Source of the DNA: an uncultured delta proteobacterium | Lineage (GTDB): Bacteria; Desulfobacterota; Binatia; Binatales; Binataceae | Reading direction: 5' to 3' | Assembly: GCA_963774705.1 (NCBI GenBank) | Contig: CAVZFW010000015.1 | Coordinates: 138,046-202,045 of the forward strand | Length of the DNA: 64,000 nt | Shown: positions 32,718-41,846 of the stretch, piece by piece | How positions within the stretch are numbered: the first letter of the stretch is position 1 | Layout: every line of letters begins with the position of its first letter | Notes under the pieces: model-generated | Database searches by the model: none | The model's input: only the letters and a program-made list of their open reading frames with translations | What the model was told of the DNA's origin: nothing | Program-made: the position numbers and the translations under genes

Positions 32718-33095
32718 ATGTTATCCCGCGTCACACGTGAGCCGTGGTGCTGGGTGATTCGAGCAGCTCTTGCAATGGTGGTACGGCAGCCCGCGCTTGC
32801 TTCGGGAGGCATGATTGAGGACGCAGCCGCGGCGCTCTGCTTATTTTGCATCCCATTCCATGCGATCATTCCTTTTACGCTCATGATTTGGTCAATGCGC
32901 AGGGGCGCGTCAACGGATCTGAGACGCAACGGTGCCGTTGCAGGTCTGGTTGCCGGAGCGATCGGGGCCACTGTCCATTCGTTCAGTTGCCAGGGCGATT
33001 CGTGGGTGTTCGTTTTCCTCGGTACAGCGGCGCGCCCGCGCTATGCTCGATCATCGGAGCACGACTTGGACCTCGAGTGCTGCGCTGGTAGCTAG
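32718..33095 (+). pseudogene. NrsF (DUF1109) anti-sigma C-terminal fragment
   Basis: CLFCIPFHAIIPFTLMIWSMRRGASTDLRRNGAVAGLVAGAIGATVHSFSCQGDSWVFV parallels the C-terminal TM region of the intact DUF1109 protein at 47329-48027. Confidence 0.5.
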
Positions 33096-33309
33096 CACTT
33101 CGCGAGCGACGGACCCTCCCCAACTTTTTACCCGGAAACCCGCTCCGTTGTAACGGCCAGACGTCCGAACGATTGCAAGAGGAGACGAATATCTGCCGCG
33201 TCTGTTCATCGTAATGACTCGCATATTTGTTGATAGTTCGCTGACAAGATCGCTGGCCTTCCTTGATCGCTTTCCAAAGCATTCGAACATCCGCCCGCCG
33301 CCAGACGAC

Positions 33310-33843
33310 CTAGTCGACTTGCTCGCCGATAATGGATGATGACGCATTCAAACCCGTGTTTTGCTTCCCTGGCAGTGCGGACGCTGCAGCGCCCGCTGCT
33401 CTCAGCCCGAAAACGCGACGCACAAAGAAATCGACGCTCACCCACCCGGGTCCGGAAAGCAGCAGCCACAGATACGCTAGTGCATAAAGAGGCTCGTCGA
33501 GCTCAACGAAGTCGTCGATGCTGCTCACCCTCTTCAAATTTACTTTGAGTATTGCGACCAGCATGTTGATGATCATCGGTATCGAAATCAGTCGTGTGCC
33601 GAGTCCTACAATTGTAAGCCACCCGCCGATGAACTCTGTATATGCCGAAAGGGTCGCGTTGAAGTATGGATAGGGGATACCCCAGCCGGCAAACCGCTGC
33701 GCGAACCCGTCGAGATTGTGAAGTTTGCCCCACCCCGTCTCCATGAAGAAGTAGCCGACGAAGAGCCGCACAAGGAGTTGCGCGAACCACTCCTGCAGAT
33801 CAATCCAATCGAGAATTTGTTCAATTTGCTTCCGAATTTGCAT
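33310..33843 (-). CDS. DoxX-family membrane protein
   Basis: 177-aa ORF. LLVRLFVGYFFMETGWGKL, YTEFIGGWLTIVGLGTRLISIPMIINMLVAI are typical DoxX helices. Confidence 0.85.
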   Translation of the reverse strand: MQIRKQIEQILDWIDLQEWFAQLLVRLFVGYFFMETGWGKLHNLDGFAQRFAGWGIPYPYFNATLSAYTEFIGGWLTIVGLGTRLISIPMIINMLVAILKVNLKRVSSIDDFVELDEPLYALAYLWLLLSGPGWVSVDFFVRRVFGLRAAGAAASALPGKQNTGLNASSSIIGEQVD

Positions 33844-33924
33844 GAGTTTCTATTTCTGAGAGCTCGTCGCGCTCCGTGCTTTCGCTTCTGATTGCTCACC
33901 TGAGAGTTCCTCACGAGGAAATCA

Positions 33925-34581
33925 TTATGCGACAGAACGCTCCCGTTCGATCAAGTTCTTAAGGGCGTGGCGAGCTCGATGCACGCGGATCTTGATAGCG
34001 TTTGGTGACACCGCGAGCATTGCGGCCACCTCCCCTATGTCAAGATCTTCGATGTCCCTTAGGAGAAGAACTGCACGATAGCTTTCCGGCAATTGGTCGA
34101 TACAACGCCGCACCATTTGACGAGTCTCACGCCGGTGCACGGGATGCATGTCGCCCCATCCAGTCTGGTCAAATTCGTCGACCCATCGGCCAGCATCGTC
34201 GAACCGTGTCGACAGATCCTCGATCGGTAACTCGGGCCGACGCCGTCGGGAGCGCAGCTGCATTAATGCGGCGTTGACGACTATTCGATGAAGCCAGGTT
34301 GATAGCTTTGCGTCGGCATTGAAGCCAGCAATAGCTCTGAAAGCAGAAGCCAACGCCTGCTGGACGGCGTCTCGAGCGTCGTGCTCATTTCCCAACAACT
34401 TCCGCGCGGTCGCAAACATCCGGGCCCCGTATCGTCGCACCATCGTCTCGAACGCATCTTTGTCGTGCGCCTTGAGGCGCCTGAGAAGGTCGAATTCGCT
34501 GTGCAAGGCTGGCGCTGATAACGACGATGAGGGTATGTCGAGCAACTGTGCCGAGAAAAACTCAGAGTGTTCTGTAAGCAT
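33925..34581 (-). CDS. ECF-type RNA polymerase sigma-70 factor (sigma 1)
   Basis: Region 2 AFETMVRRYGARMFATARKLLGNEHDARDAVQQALASAF...STWLHRIVVNAAL. Region 4 LPESYRAVLLLRDIEDLDIGEVAAMLAVSPNAIKIRVHRARHAL. AAGGAG RBS. Confidence 0.9.
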   Translation of the reverse strand: MLTEHSEFFSAQLLDIPSSSLSAPALHSEFDLLRRLKAHDKDAFETMVRRYGARMFATARKLLGNEHDARDAVQQALASAFRAIAGFNADAKLSTWLHRIVVNAALMQLRSRRRRPELPIEDLSTRFDDAGRWVDEFDQTGWGDMHPVHRRETRQMVRRCIDQLPESYRAVLLLRDIEDLDIGEVAAMLAVSPNAIKIRVHRARHALKNLIERERSVA

Positions 34582-34796
34582 GACTCCTTTTTTTTCAGTT
34601 TCCGGACGAGCTACCGCCCGATTCGAGCGGCGAAGACTCGGTCGGAAGAAGTCTCCCTTTCACGGGAATGACGACGCCGAAGTGGCTCGACCTCGTGCTT
34701 AGCTGAATCCGCGAGCCTCTTCTTCGCTCTGCATCGGAGCTGGTCGGTCACACAGCGAAGTAGTGTTTTGGAGCACTAATCTCATTGTACTTAGTA

Positions 34797-34822
34797 CTTC
34801 GGATTATCCCTTACGAAGTTAC
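34797..34822 (-). promoter_or_regulatory. ECF-type promoter motif, site 6
   Basis: Minus strand reads GTAACTTCGTAAGGGATAATCCGAAG. 216 nt upstream of sigma 1. Confidence 0.55.
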
Positions 34823-35355
34823 AGGTCGAGCTGAGAAACCTTGGCGGACTCACGAGCATCTCATTGGTCGAGACCGTCGGTTTTCGAGGCCGCCAAACGA
34901 CGGCGGATAGCCATCTCGAGAGCCAATGAAACCCGCAAAGCAGTTCGGAATCGAATTAGTCGGAGAGTCTTTACCAAAGGTCGGCGCCGACCCGCTGATT
35001 AACCCCGTAGGAGAGGAATTATGGATATAAGGCGGTGCGGTTGTGGAGGGCGCAGTCAGCGCTTGATTTTTGACCGCACCCATGTTCACGCGGGACTCGT
35101 CAGAAAACTCGAGCGAGGCGAACGTGAAGTGCGGAGCTGGCGAATAGCTGCAAAGCTCCGAGTTCTCGTAAGAGCGAAAACCACAGCTGCAAGCGGCTGA
35201 ATTCCTGCAACGGCTAGTATTTGGTGATAACTTCAGCCGCCCAAGAATGTATGGAGAAAGGTGGTCATCTGGAAGGTTCAAAGTAGATACGGGAACCTCG
35301 AACCGGATCGGCCACGACAGAAATCCAATCAGGGCGCGCACTCAGCAGGTTAAGT

Positions 35356-36216
35356 ATGAATCGATCAGATTTCGCAGCGCTCGGCTTCGGCATTGGCCTG
35401 CGCCGTTCCCATTATGCACATATCCTGGAGAATCGTCCGCGGTTGGACTGGTTCGAGGTCATCTCGGAGAACTTCATGGTTGAAGGTGGCCGACCCCTCG
35501 AAGTCCTGGAGGGTGTGCGAGCTCAATATCCGATCGTAATGCACGGTGTGTCGCTTTCTATTGGCTCGACGGACCCGCTCAACGTTGTATATTTGAAACA
35601 ACTTGCGAAGATCGCGCGACGCTTCGAGCCGGCCTGGATCTCCGATCATCTATGCTGGACCAGCGTGGGCGGTCGCAATTTGCACGACCTTCTGCCTTTG
35701 CCTTACACCGAGGAGGCAGTTCGCCACGTTGCCGCGCGCCTCAGACGGGTACAAGACATCCTCGGGCGCACTCTGCTACTCGAAAACGTCTCGAGCTATA
35801 TTGCATTTACTTCATCGCAGCTCTCAGAGTGGGAATTCCTCAGCGCCGTGGCTCAGGAGGCCGACTGCGGCATCCTGCTCGACATCAACAACATATTCGT
35901 CAGCGCATTCAACCATCGCTTCGACCCGGTCGGTTACATCGATGCGGTACCCTTAGGACGGGTGATGCAGTTCCATCTTGCCGGCCATAGCGACCATGGC
36001 ACCTACCTGCTCGATACCCACGATCATCCGATTTGCCCAGAAGTCTGGACCCTCTACGAGCACGCGGTACGGCGGTTCGGTCGAGTTCCGACGCTTATCG
36101 AATGGGATGACAATATTCCGGAGTTCGAAGTCTTGGCCGCGGCTGCGGATGAGGCATGCCGGCGATGCGAGTCAGCGCTCGGCGGGGAAGGATCGGGCAC
36201 GGAAGAATGGACTTGA
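35356..36216 (+). CDS. bufB: MNIO family enzyme (DUF692, BufB/MbnB-like)
   Basis: 286-aa intact ORF. GFGIGLRRSHYAHIL...DWFEVISENFM, MHGVSLSIGSTDPL, WISDHLCW, LLENVSSY, ILLDINNIFVSAFNH, TLIEWDDNIP are canonical DUF692 blocks. Confidence 0.9.
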   Translation: MNRSDFAALGFGIGLRRSHYAHILENRPRLDWFEVISENFMVEGGRPLEVLEGVRAQYPIVMHGVSLSIGSTDPLNVVYLKQLAKIARRFEPAWISDHLCWTSVGGRNLHDLLPLPYTEEAVRHVAARLRRVQDILGRTLLLENVSSYIAFTSSQLSEWEFLSAVAQEADCGILLDINNIFVSAFNHRFDPVGYIDAVPLGRVMQFHLAGHSDHGTYLLDTHDHPICPEVWTLYEHAVRRFGRVPTLIEWDDNIPEFEVLAAAADEACRRCESALGGEGSGTEEWT

Positions 36217-37055
36217 CTCTTTCCGAACTCCAAACTTCGCTCTATCAACTGATCACGAATCCTGAGAGAGCAAAACGGATCGGCGACGACGGCGACCCCG
36301 TTTTGGGCCACGCAGAAGCATTGATCCGCGGCGACTCCCGCCTGAGCGCGAGCGAGCGGGTGACGATTTATGCCAACGCCTATTTCTATCGGCTGCTCGA
36401 CTGCCTCTATGAGGAATTTCCTGCGACGTCCGCTGTCGTTGGTGCGGACAACTTTGTCGCCCTCGTACGCGACTACTTGCGGGCGTGGCCTCCCACTGAG
36501 CCATCGATATTCTATATGGGCCGACATCTGAGTGCCTTTCTTCGCGACCATGCTTTCGCCAGGCGCTGGCCCTTCACTTACGAACTAGCGAGGCTGGAAA
36601 GGACGATTCTGGAGGTCTTCCATGCGGCCGAGGTCTTCACACTCAGCGACCAAGCGATGCGCGCTATTCCTTCGTATCAATGGCCTACGATTAGATTGAA
36701 GATACATCCAGCCGTCCAAATCCTGCACAATGAATGGCGCGTGACGGACGTATTGGGCGATGTTCAGACCGGTCGTGAATGCCGCGAGCCCGCGCATCAA
36801 AAGTCGCCAGTGATCGTGTGGAGACAAGACGCGGAGGTGTATTATCGCGCTCTGGAGGACGCAGAAGCTAAAGCGCTCGTCCTCTTGTCGGAAGGCGCAC
36901 GTTTCGCCGCAATTTGCGAGGTCGTTGAAGCCCTGACGTCGACGACTGATCAAGTAGCTCTCATTGGTCGACTATTAGCGCAATGGTTGGCGGATGGGAT
37001 CCTTGTGCGCGCTGACTTGGCGCTCACAACGTCCACGATTACTTCACGAATCTAG
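36207..37055 (+). CDS. bufC: DUF2063-family protein (BufC-like MNIO partner)
   Basis: ATG 36207 overlaps the DUF692 stop by 10 nt. LQTSLYQLITNPE...ALIRGDSRLSASERVTIYANAYFYRLLDCLYEEFPA is the DUF2063 N-terminal signature. Confidence 0.8.
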   Translation: MDLTLSELQTSLYQLITNPERAKRIGDDGDPVLGHAEALIRGDSRLSASERVTIYANAYFYRLLDCLYEEFPATSAVVGADNFVALVRDYLRAWPPTEPSIFYMGRHLSAFLRDHAFARRWPFTYELARLERTILEVFHAAEVFTLSDQAMRAIPSYQWPTIRLKIHPAVQILHNEWRVTDVLGDVQTGRECREPAHQKSPVIVWRQDAEVYYRALEDAEAKALVLLSEGARFAAICEVVEALTSTTDQVALIGRLLAQWLADGILVRADLALTTSTITSRI

Positions 37056-37159
37056 GACGTGTACGAAGCCATCCGGGGCCGCCGCACCGTCCGAAACGCT
37101 TATCGCGGTCGCGAGGTAGGGTTCGGCGTTGCAGCAGGACGGGTCATGTCGCGGACATT

Positions 37160-37675
37160 CTAATCCTGACCTTTGGGCGCTCCCGCTATCGGGGCGAAAA
37201 AGGGTGCGCAACTGTCGCGAAGAGTCTGATGGCAGTTTGCATCCGCCGCAATTTCATCTGTCAGCGGGAGCGAACTCAGGACGACGGCATGGGTGTTCGC
37301 GAAACATGCGACTACGCGCGTGGTGGCGTCGCGATCGGTGATTGCGATGATTGCATCGTGGCCGATCGCGACCGCTGACGGCGAATAAGTGTCGCCAAGC
37401 GTTGTACACATGCAGTGCTGATGCCATTCCTCAACATTCGTTTCATGGAGCGCCGCAAGCACGGCATCATGACAGGCGATGCGGGCCTGCTGGATTGCAT
37501 GACAGAAGTCGTCGTTGTCGCAGTGTAGCGCGGTGGCCGGCCATCGCGTCACGGTGCCACAAGCGGTAAGGAGAAGAGCGCTAATGAAAATCAGAAGCCC
37601 GGCCGTGGGTTTCTGAAATTTATGAGTCGGGAGCTGGTTCGCATTCACGGAGCCGCACGGGTTGCCGAGATTCAC
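37160..37675 (-). CDS. Cys/His-rich lipoprotein, hypothetical
   Basis: Lipobox LLLTAC. Mature part has HCDNDDFCH, IACH, HQHCMC, NCH, SCA. The start is GTG at 37675 or 37648. Abuts the peptidase stop. Confidence 0.5.
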   Translation of the reverse strand: MNLGNPCGSVNANQLPTHKFQKPTAGLLIFISALLLTACGTVTRWPATALHCDNDDFCHAIQQARIACHDAVLAALHETNVEEWHQHCMCTTLGDTYSPSAVAIGHDAIIAITDRDATTRVVACFANTHAVVLSSLPLTDEIAADANCHQTLRDSCAPFFAPIAGAPKGQD

Positions 37676-37676
37676 C

Positions 37677-38699
37677 TCAACGAATGTTGTTTAGCTGCCG
37701 TCTATCGGCGGCTATGGCGCGGCGGACCGATGCCCAAGGCGCACTACCAACAAAGGAGAGCGTTTTGCCGTCGACGTCGACCCCAAGCTTACTCCACAGT
37801 AGCGTCAAGTCCGGTGCGGCTGGAGCCGCCTTCATCTCATCATATAGTTGCAACAGCACCGGCACCCCGACGGCCTTACCACCAACCTCGAAAGCGTGGG
37901 TCAGAGGCCAGGCCGTCTCCATATTCCCACCGGCATCGACGATCGCTCGCAGCGCATCACGCAGGCCATAGCGATCTTTTGTCGCGCGGCGAATTCGGAC
38001 GTCAGCGAGCAGACAGAACATCGCACCGCCCCAGTATGTGCGGCCCCAGGTAGGCGTATGATCGAGTCCCTGGTCGCCGGGACGCGGCAGTCCGTACGGA
38101 AGTCCCTCCACTAAATCGCCCCAAACTTTCGTCGCGCTAATTTCGCCCGCCTCGTTTCGAGCGATCGGTTCGACGTAGGTTGCGATCCCCTCTTCTATCC
38201 AATGATGTTCAGTCGACACCGAGGGGAATGCGTAATGGACCATCTCGTGCGTCATCACCCAGTCGTTCTTGAGGTCGGCGTCGTCGGTTAGCTGACCCAT
38301 GTAAATCCGGGTAGAGACGGGGTGCGTTCCCCAACTTGTCCCACTTAGCACACCCTTACGATTCTCGACGGGAACGATCAAAATTTGCGCCTCGCGGACC
38401 GGAAAGCGGCCGTAATAGGTGATAACGGCTCTCGCCGCCGCAGTAACCCACGCGATGACATGTGTCACTGGAAGTTGAAGACTCCCCGGAGCGAATTCAA
38501 CCTTGACCGTACTATCATCGATTTTGATTGTACTCGGTATTAGCTTTGCGGAGCCGTCGATTGGGTGCACCGTTTGTTCGGTGGAAGTAACCATCTCCAA
38601 CAATCCGGCGCTCGCCGTCCGATTAGTCTCGAATCCATACGGGGCGAAGTTCGTCATCACGGAGGCGAAGAGCACCATGGCGAGCGCTAAGGTTTCCAT
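37677..38699 (-). CDS. secreted zinc metallopeptidase, peptidase-MA (M1/M61-like) fold
   Basis: Start at ATG 38699 (METLALAMVLFASV signal). HEMVH followed by WIEEGIATY (HExxH + E gluzincin arrangement). Confidence 0.65.
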   Translation of the reverse strand: METLALAMVLFASVMTNFAPYGFETNRTASAGLLEMVTSTEQTVHPIDGSAKLIPSTIKIDDSTVKVEFAPGSLQLPVTHVIAWVTAAARAVITYYGRFPVREAQILIVPVENRKGVLSGTSWGTHPVSTRIYMGQLTDDADLKNDWVMTHEMVHYAFPSVSTEHHWIEEGIATYVEPIARNEAGEISATKVWGDLVEGLPYGLPRPGDQGLDHTPTWGRTYWGGAMFCLLADVRIRRATKDRYGLRDALRAIVDAGGNMETAWPLTHAFEVGGKAVGVPVLLQLYDEMKAAPAAPDLTLLWSKLGVDVDGKTLSFVGSAPWASVRRAIAADRRQLNNIR

Positions 38700-39123
38700 T
38701 TCCACTAATGGGTTCGATCTTTCTGGAGCAACCGCCCCGTCAGCCGCGAACAAGCCTCGTGCAACCCAGTCGACTTTCTATTGCTCGTAAGATAGCGGGG
38801 ATGCCTCCCAATCTTTGCCCATGTTGCCATCACACGGCTCGGCTCGCCTCACTCGTTGCATTCGACTCTAGTAGCGGGAAGCACCGCGAGCTTTGACGAA
38901 CAACGCGCAAGAATCGCTTCGGAGAAGTTCTCCGACGGCATGCCTGAGTACAGCCTGGCAATCCATTGTTCTCGAACGGTTTATTCGAAAGGGTCATAAT
39001 TTCAGAAAAACGAGCAATAGAGTTGAGGAGTAATTCTCGCGAACAAACGGAGCAACGCTCCGACCTCGGCTACTATGACGAAGCTGTTCCAGAGCAATCG
39101 CGATCTTTCCTCTCGATCATTAT

Positions 39124-39330
39124 CTAGGCAACGACGTCGCATTTTTCCGCGGTCGATACGGGTGGACCGGGCAACGCAGTTCCCGTTCCCAGGACTTTCA
39201 ATACGCGCGAATCGTGCCAGACTTCGGGCGAGGAAAGCGCTCGGGTATTCTCCGAAGCAATTCCGCCCGGTTGAAGCTCAGTCGCAGTCCACTCGCTCCC
39301 GATGCTGAACGTTTCGTTTGCAGAATCCAT
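39124..39330 (-). CDS. 68-aa ORF created by duplication of the YHS/di-iron gene junction
   Basis: ATG 39330 is preceded by the identical 20-nt GAGTGAGTGAGGTCG leader found at 40194. MDSANETFSIGSEW parallels MDSASEPLHIDCEH. May be a remnant rather than a gene. Confidence 0.3.
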   Translation of the reverse strand: MDSANETFSIGSEWTATELQPGGIASENTRALSSPEVWHDSRVLKVLGTGTALPGPPVSTAEKCDVVA

Positions 39331-39384
39331 CGACCTCACTCACTCGTCGCCCTCTTTGAATGGGGCGTCGAGTTGCGACCCACC

Positions 39385-40194
39385 TTATGCCAAGCGCCTC
39401 TGCGAGTTGATTCTGTGAAACAGGTTGTCCGCGTCAACTCCCAGGTCTTCAAATGAGCGCCCGAGAGGAGCGAGAAGTGCTACCAGTTCACTGCGGACCC
39501 GGACCGCAGTGTTCGCCAGCAACGACATCTCGGCCCCAAGCTCGCAAGAGTGCTGGCGCGAAAACCTCGCATGCCGCGCCTCATCCGAGCGAACTCGGCC
39601 GAACATCTTTACCAGTGCAGTAGCGCGCGCGAGCGGCTTAACTACTGCCGGGAGGACGACGCAAACGGCTGAGTCAAGCGCCGCGACCCTGGCGAAATGA
39701 AGCGCGGGGTCTCGGCTGGCCACGCGTAAAAAGAACCGGCGCGTGCGCAATAGGGTGCCTCCAACATCGTTAGGCACAGAACAATAGCTGCGCAACTCTT
39801 GAATTAATCGCTCGTGTTCCAACTCGTCGGCAGCAATTCGATTCGCCAGAAATCGGCTATGGCCGGCCTGAACATTGGAGATCCGACGCCCTTCTCGCGA
39901 GAAGACCTGGAACGCCGATTCTTCGCCACAAAGCAGAGTTGGTAAGAGCCGACCGAGCGCAGTGACCTGATTGTTGGACAATACAGAAATGCTATCCCTG
40001 ATCCTGGCGATCCTGAGCCGCGGCGTTACTAGCGGACGACACGTCGGGACCAGAACGCGAGGCGAAAAACACACCGCATCTGAATCGGGGACCATTTCCT
40101 GATCGGCCACAATGCCGATAGCGTTCGTCTTAATGTCCACCTCCGGACGCTCGTGCTCGCAGTCAATGTGAAGAGGTTCACTTGCTGAATCCAT
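39385..40194 (-). CDS. hypothetical protein with ferritin-like di-iron-type motifs
   Basis: 269 aa from ATG 40194. LLCGEESAFQVF ... ADELEHERL and ... VRSDEARHARF give an E..(D/E)ExxH x2 pattern. Start overlaps the YHS gene by 17 nt. Confidence 0.45.
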   Translation of the reverse strand: MDSASEPLHIDCEHERPEVDIKTNAIGIVADQEMVPDSDAVCFSPRVLVPTCRPLVTPRLRIARIRDSISVLSNNQVTALGRLLPTLLCGEESAFQVFSREGRRISNVQAGHSRFLANRIAADELEHERLIQELRSYCSVPNDVGGTLLRTRRFFLRVASRDPALHFARVAALDSAVCVVLPAVVKPLARATALVKMFGRVRSDEARHARFSRQHSCELGAEMSLLANTAVRVRSELVALLAPLGRSFEDLGVDADNLFHRINSQRRLA

Positions 40195-40687
40195 CGACCT
40201 CACTCACTCCCTTCTTCGGATAAAACGGCCAGTTGCGATCGGCCGACGAAATGTTCCCGCTCTTGTTCAGCGACCAGAGGTGGTAGGAAAGGTAGTTATT
40301 GTTCAAATAGAGTTTGCCATCGACGATCGCCCATCGAGATGGATCTATGTCGGCAATGCGGTCTATCGCCATCGCGTAGGCACAGTAACCGCCGTACTGC
40401 GGAAGATATTTCTCCGGGTCGGACTCGAATCGTGCCAGGTTCTCGGCGGAACCGAATCGATACGTCACACCTCTCCAGCGGTAGGTATACTCGTTCACGC
40501 CAGCAGTTGGTTGGCCTATAGTGAAGTACGCCACCGGGTCATACCCTTTGAGGCCAGTACCATCTGCGGCGTTCACTGCAGCCACGGGCGTCTTTTCTGA
40601 AGCTGCTAGTGCGGAGCCCGCGCGATTCGCGAATGGAGCCACGACCAGTAGAAACCAAACCAACGCGAAGAATTGAAAGCGCTTCAT
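40178..40687 (-). CDS. secreted YHS-domain protein
   Basis: Signal MKRFQFFALVWFLLVVAPFANRAGSALA. GYDPVAYF...YRFGSAENLARFESDPEKYLPQYGGYCAY is the YHS-domain pattern. Confidence 0.8.
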   Translation of the reverse strand: MKRFQFFALVWFLLVVAPFANRAGSALAASEKTPVAAVNAADGTGLKGYDPVAYFTIGQPTAGVNEYTYRWRGVTYRFGSAENLARFESDPEKYLPQYGGYCAYAMAIDRIADIDPSRWAIVDGKLYLNNNYLSYHLWSLNKSGNISSADRNWPFYPKKGVSEVDGFSK

Positions 40688-40857
40688 AATGTCAATCATC
40701 CTTTGCATCTACACAAGAGTTATCTGTGGCGCAGATCGGACTTCATAAGGGCGTCCCGCTGAGGCCGACTCGGTGACAGTGACTGAGAGAGGAACGGTGG
40801 ATTTCACCACTCCGTGGTGTACGCGGTCCAACACCAGACACAGGCAACGTCGAAACC

Positions 40858-41055
40858 TTAAAGCTCCACCTGCACCTGCGCCGCTCCGTCCGTTTGCTCC
40901 TTAACCCACAAGACGACGCTGACCGCGTCCGCCGTTTCCTTCCATGGCAGCGGCACCCAATGGTCGCCGACTGCCACCGCCCACATATGTATGATCGAAT
41001 CGCGCCTGACGCGGATTACTTCGGTATGACTGAAATCGTAACTTAATCCATTCAT
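40858..41055 (-). CDS. 65-aa hypothetical protein
   Basis: ATG 41055 with GGAGGG RBS 6 nt upstream. MNGLSYDFSHTEVIRVRRDSIIHMWAVAVGDHWVPLPWKE. No family recognised. Confidence 0.4.
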   Translation of the reverse strand: MNGLSYDFSHTEVIRVRRDSIIHMWAVAVGDHWVPLPWKETADAVSVVLWVKEQTDGAAQVQVEL

Positions 41056-41131
41056 TGTTGCCCTCCAGTCGAACAAATAACTTTGCTCGAAGGGCCGCCC
41101 GACTCTTAAGTGCCGTCATTCCACTTTTCTT

Positions 41132-41458
41132 TCAAGGAGCCACAGCGGAGCTGATTCCCGCGCCTGCGAGACTCACGCCTTGTATGATGCATGACTCCGG
41201 ATCTCCTACCAGATCATGCTGGGAGTACAAATGCCCCGGCTTGCAGTTGTGTGATGCCTGAGGCCGAGCGTTAGCTGCAGATGGCTTGAGCCAGCTATCT
41301 TCGATAAACCCGGAGGGCGCGAGGTTATTGGACGAGACCATTTCGACCGCGCCGCTTACGGCTTGGAGTACAGTTGTTCCCGACCAAGCCGGAATTGCTG
41401 TGTTTGTCATGATTAGGCCGAAAACCGCAGCCGCTGTGCTTTTCTTGAAGCTCTTCAT
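41132..41458 (-). CDS. 108-aa secreted protein, paralog of 62999-63319
   Basis: ATG 41458 with GAAGGAG RBS. Signal MKSFKKSTAAAVFGLIMTNTAIPAWS. The C-terminal NCKPGHLYSQHDLVGDPESCII is shared with the 63319 protein. Confidence 0.6.
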   Translation of the reverse strand: MKSFKKSTAAAVFGLIMTNTAIPAWSGTTVLQAVSGAVEMVSSNNLAPSGFIEDSWLKPSAANARPQASHNCKPGHLYSQHDLVGDPESCIIQGVSLAGAGISSAVAP

Positions 41459-41531
41459 AATTACTCCTTCGGAAATTCCTTTATTTAAAAACTGATCTAT
41501 CCGTGTTGTACGCAGCTCCACCTATGGTTAC

Positions 41532-41557
41532 TTTCGGCTCCCGGTCCGGAAAGTTAC
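41532..41557 (-). promoter_or_regulatory. ECF-type promoter motif, site 4
   Basis: Minus strand reads GTAACTTTCCGGACCGGGAGCCGAAA. 74 nt upstream of ATG 41458. Confidence 0.6.
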
Positions 41558-41726
41558 AAAGACGAACTATTAGGATCGACGTCAAGACGAAAACACGGGG
41601 CCAGTTCTCGGTGCCGTTGATCGTTCGGATATCCGCCGATGTGGTCGAGCCAACCCCGATCGACGGGCCGGGACTAGTACGCTCGAACGTAATTGTTGCC
41701 GACATCCTTATTATAGTTTGCAGCCT

Positions 41727-41752
41727 GTAACTTTCGTGGGCCGCGCGCGAAT
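41727..41752 (+). promoter_or_regulatory. ECF-type promoter motif, site 1
   Basis: GTAACTTTCGTGGGCCGCGCGCGAAT. 95 nt upstream of ATG 41847. Confidence 0.6.
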
Positions 41753-41846
41753 TCCTCAAAGAAGGGAACGACAGACTGCATCGCACTGCCGCTTTCAACC
41801 GGCGGCTGGCACTCACAAACGGTAATTACCCAAAGGAGACGGGAAG

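Noticed and set aside
35226-35248. GATAACTTC-N10-GAAT upstream of DUF692 as a seventh ECF promoter
   Set aside because: The spacer is 4 nt shorter than in the six good sites and the first base differs. That spacing is incompatible with the motif.
40700-40735. ATAACTCT-N14-GGAT just upstream of the YHS gene as an ECF promoter
   Set aside because: It has two core mismatches (ATAAC, GGAT) and ends only a few nt before the start codon.
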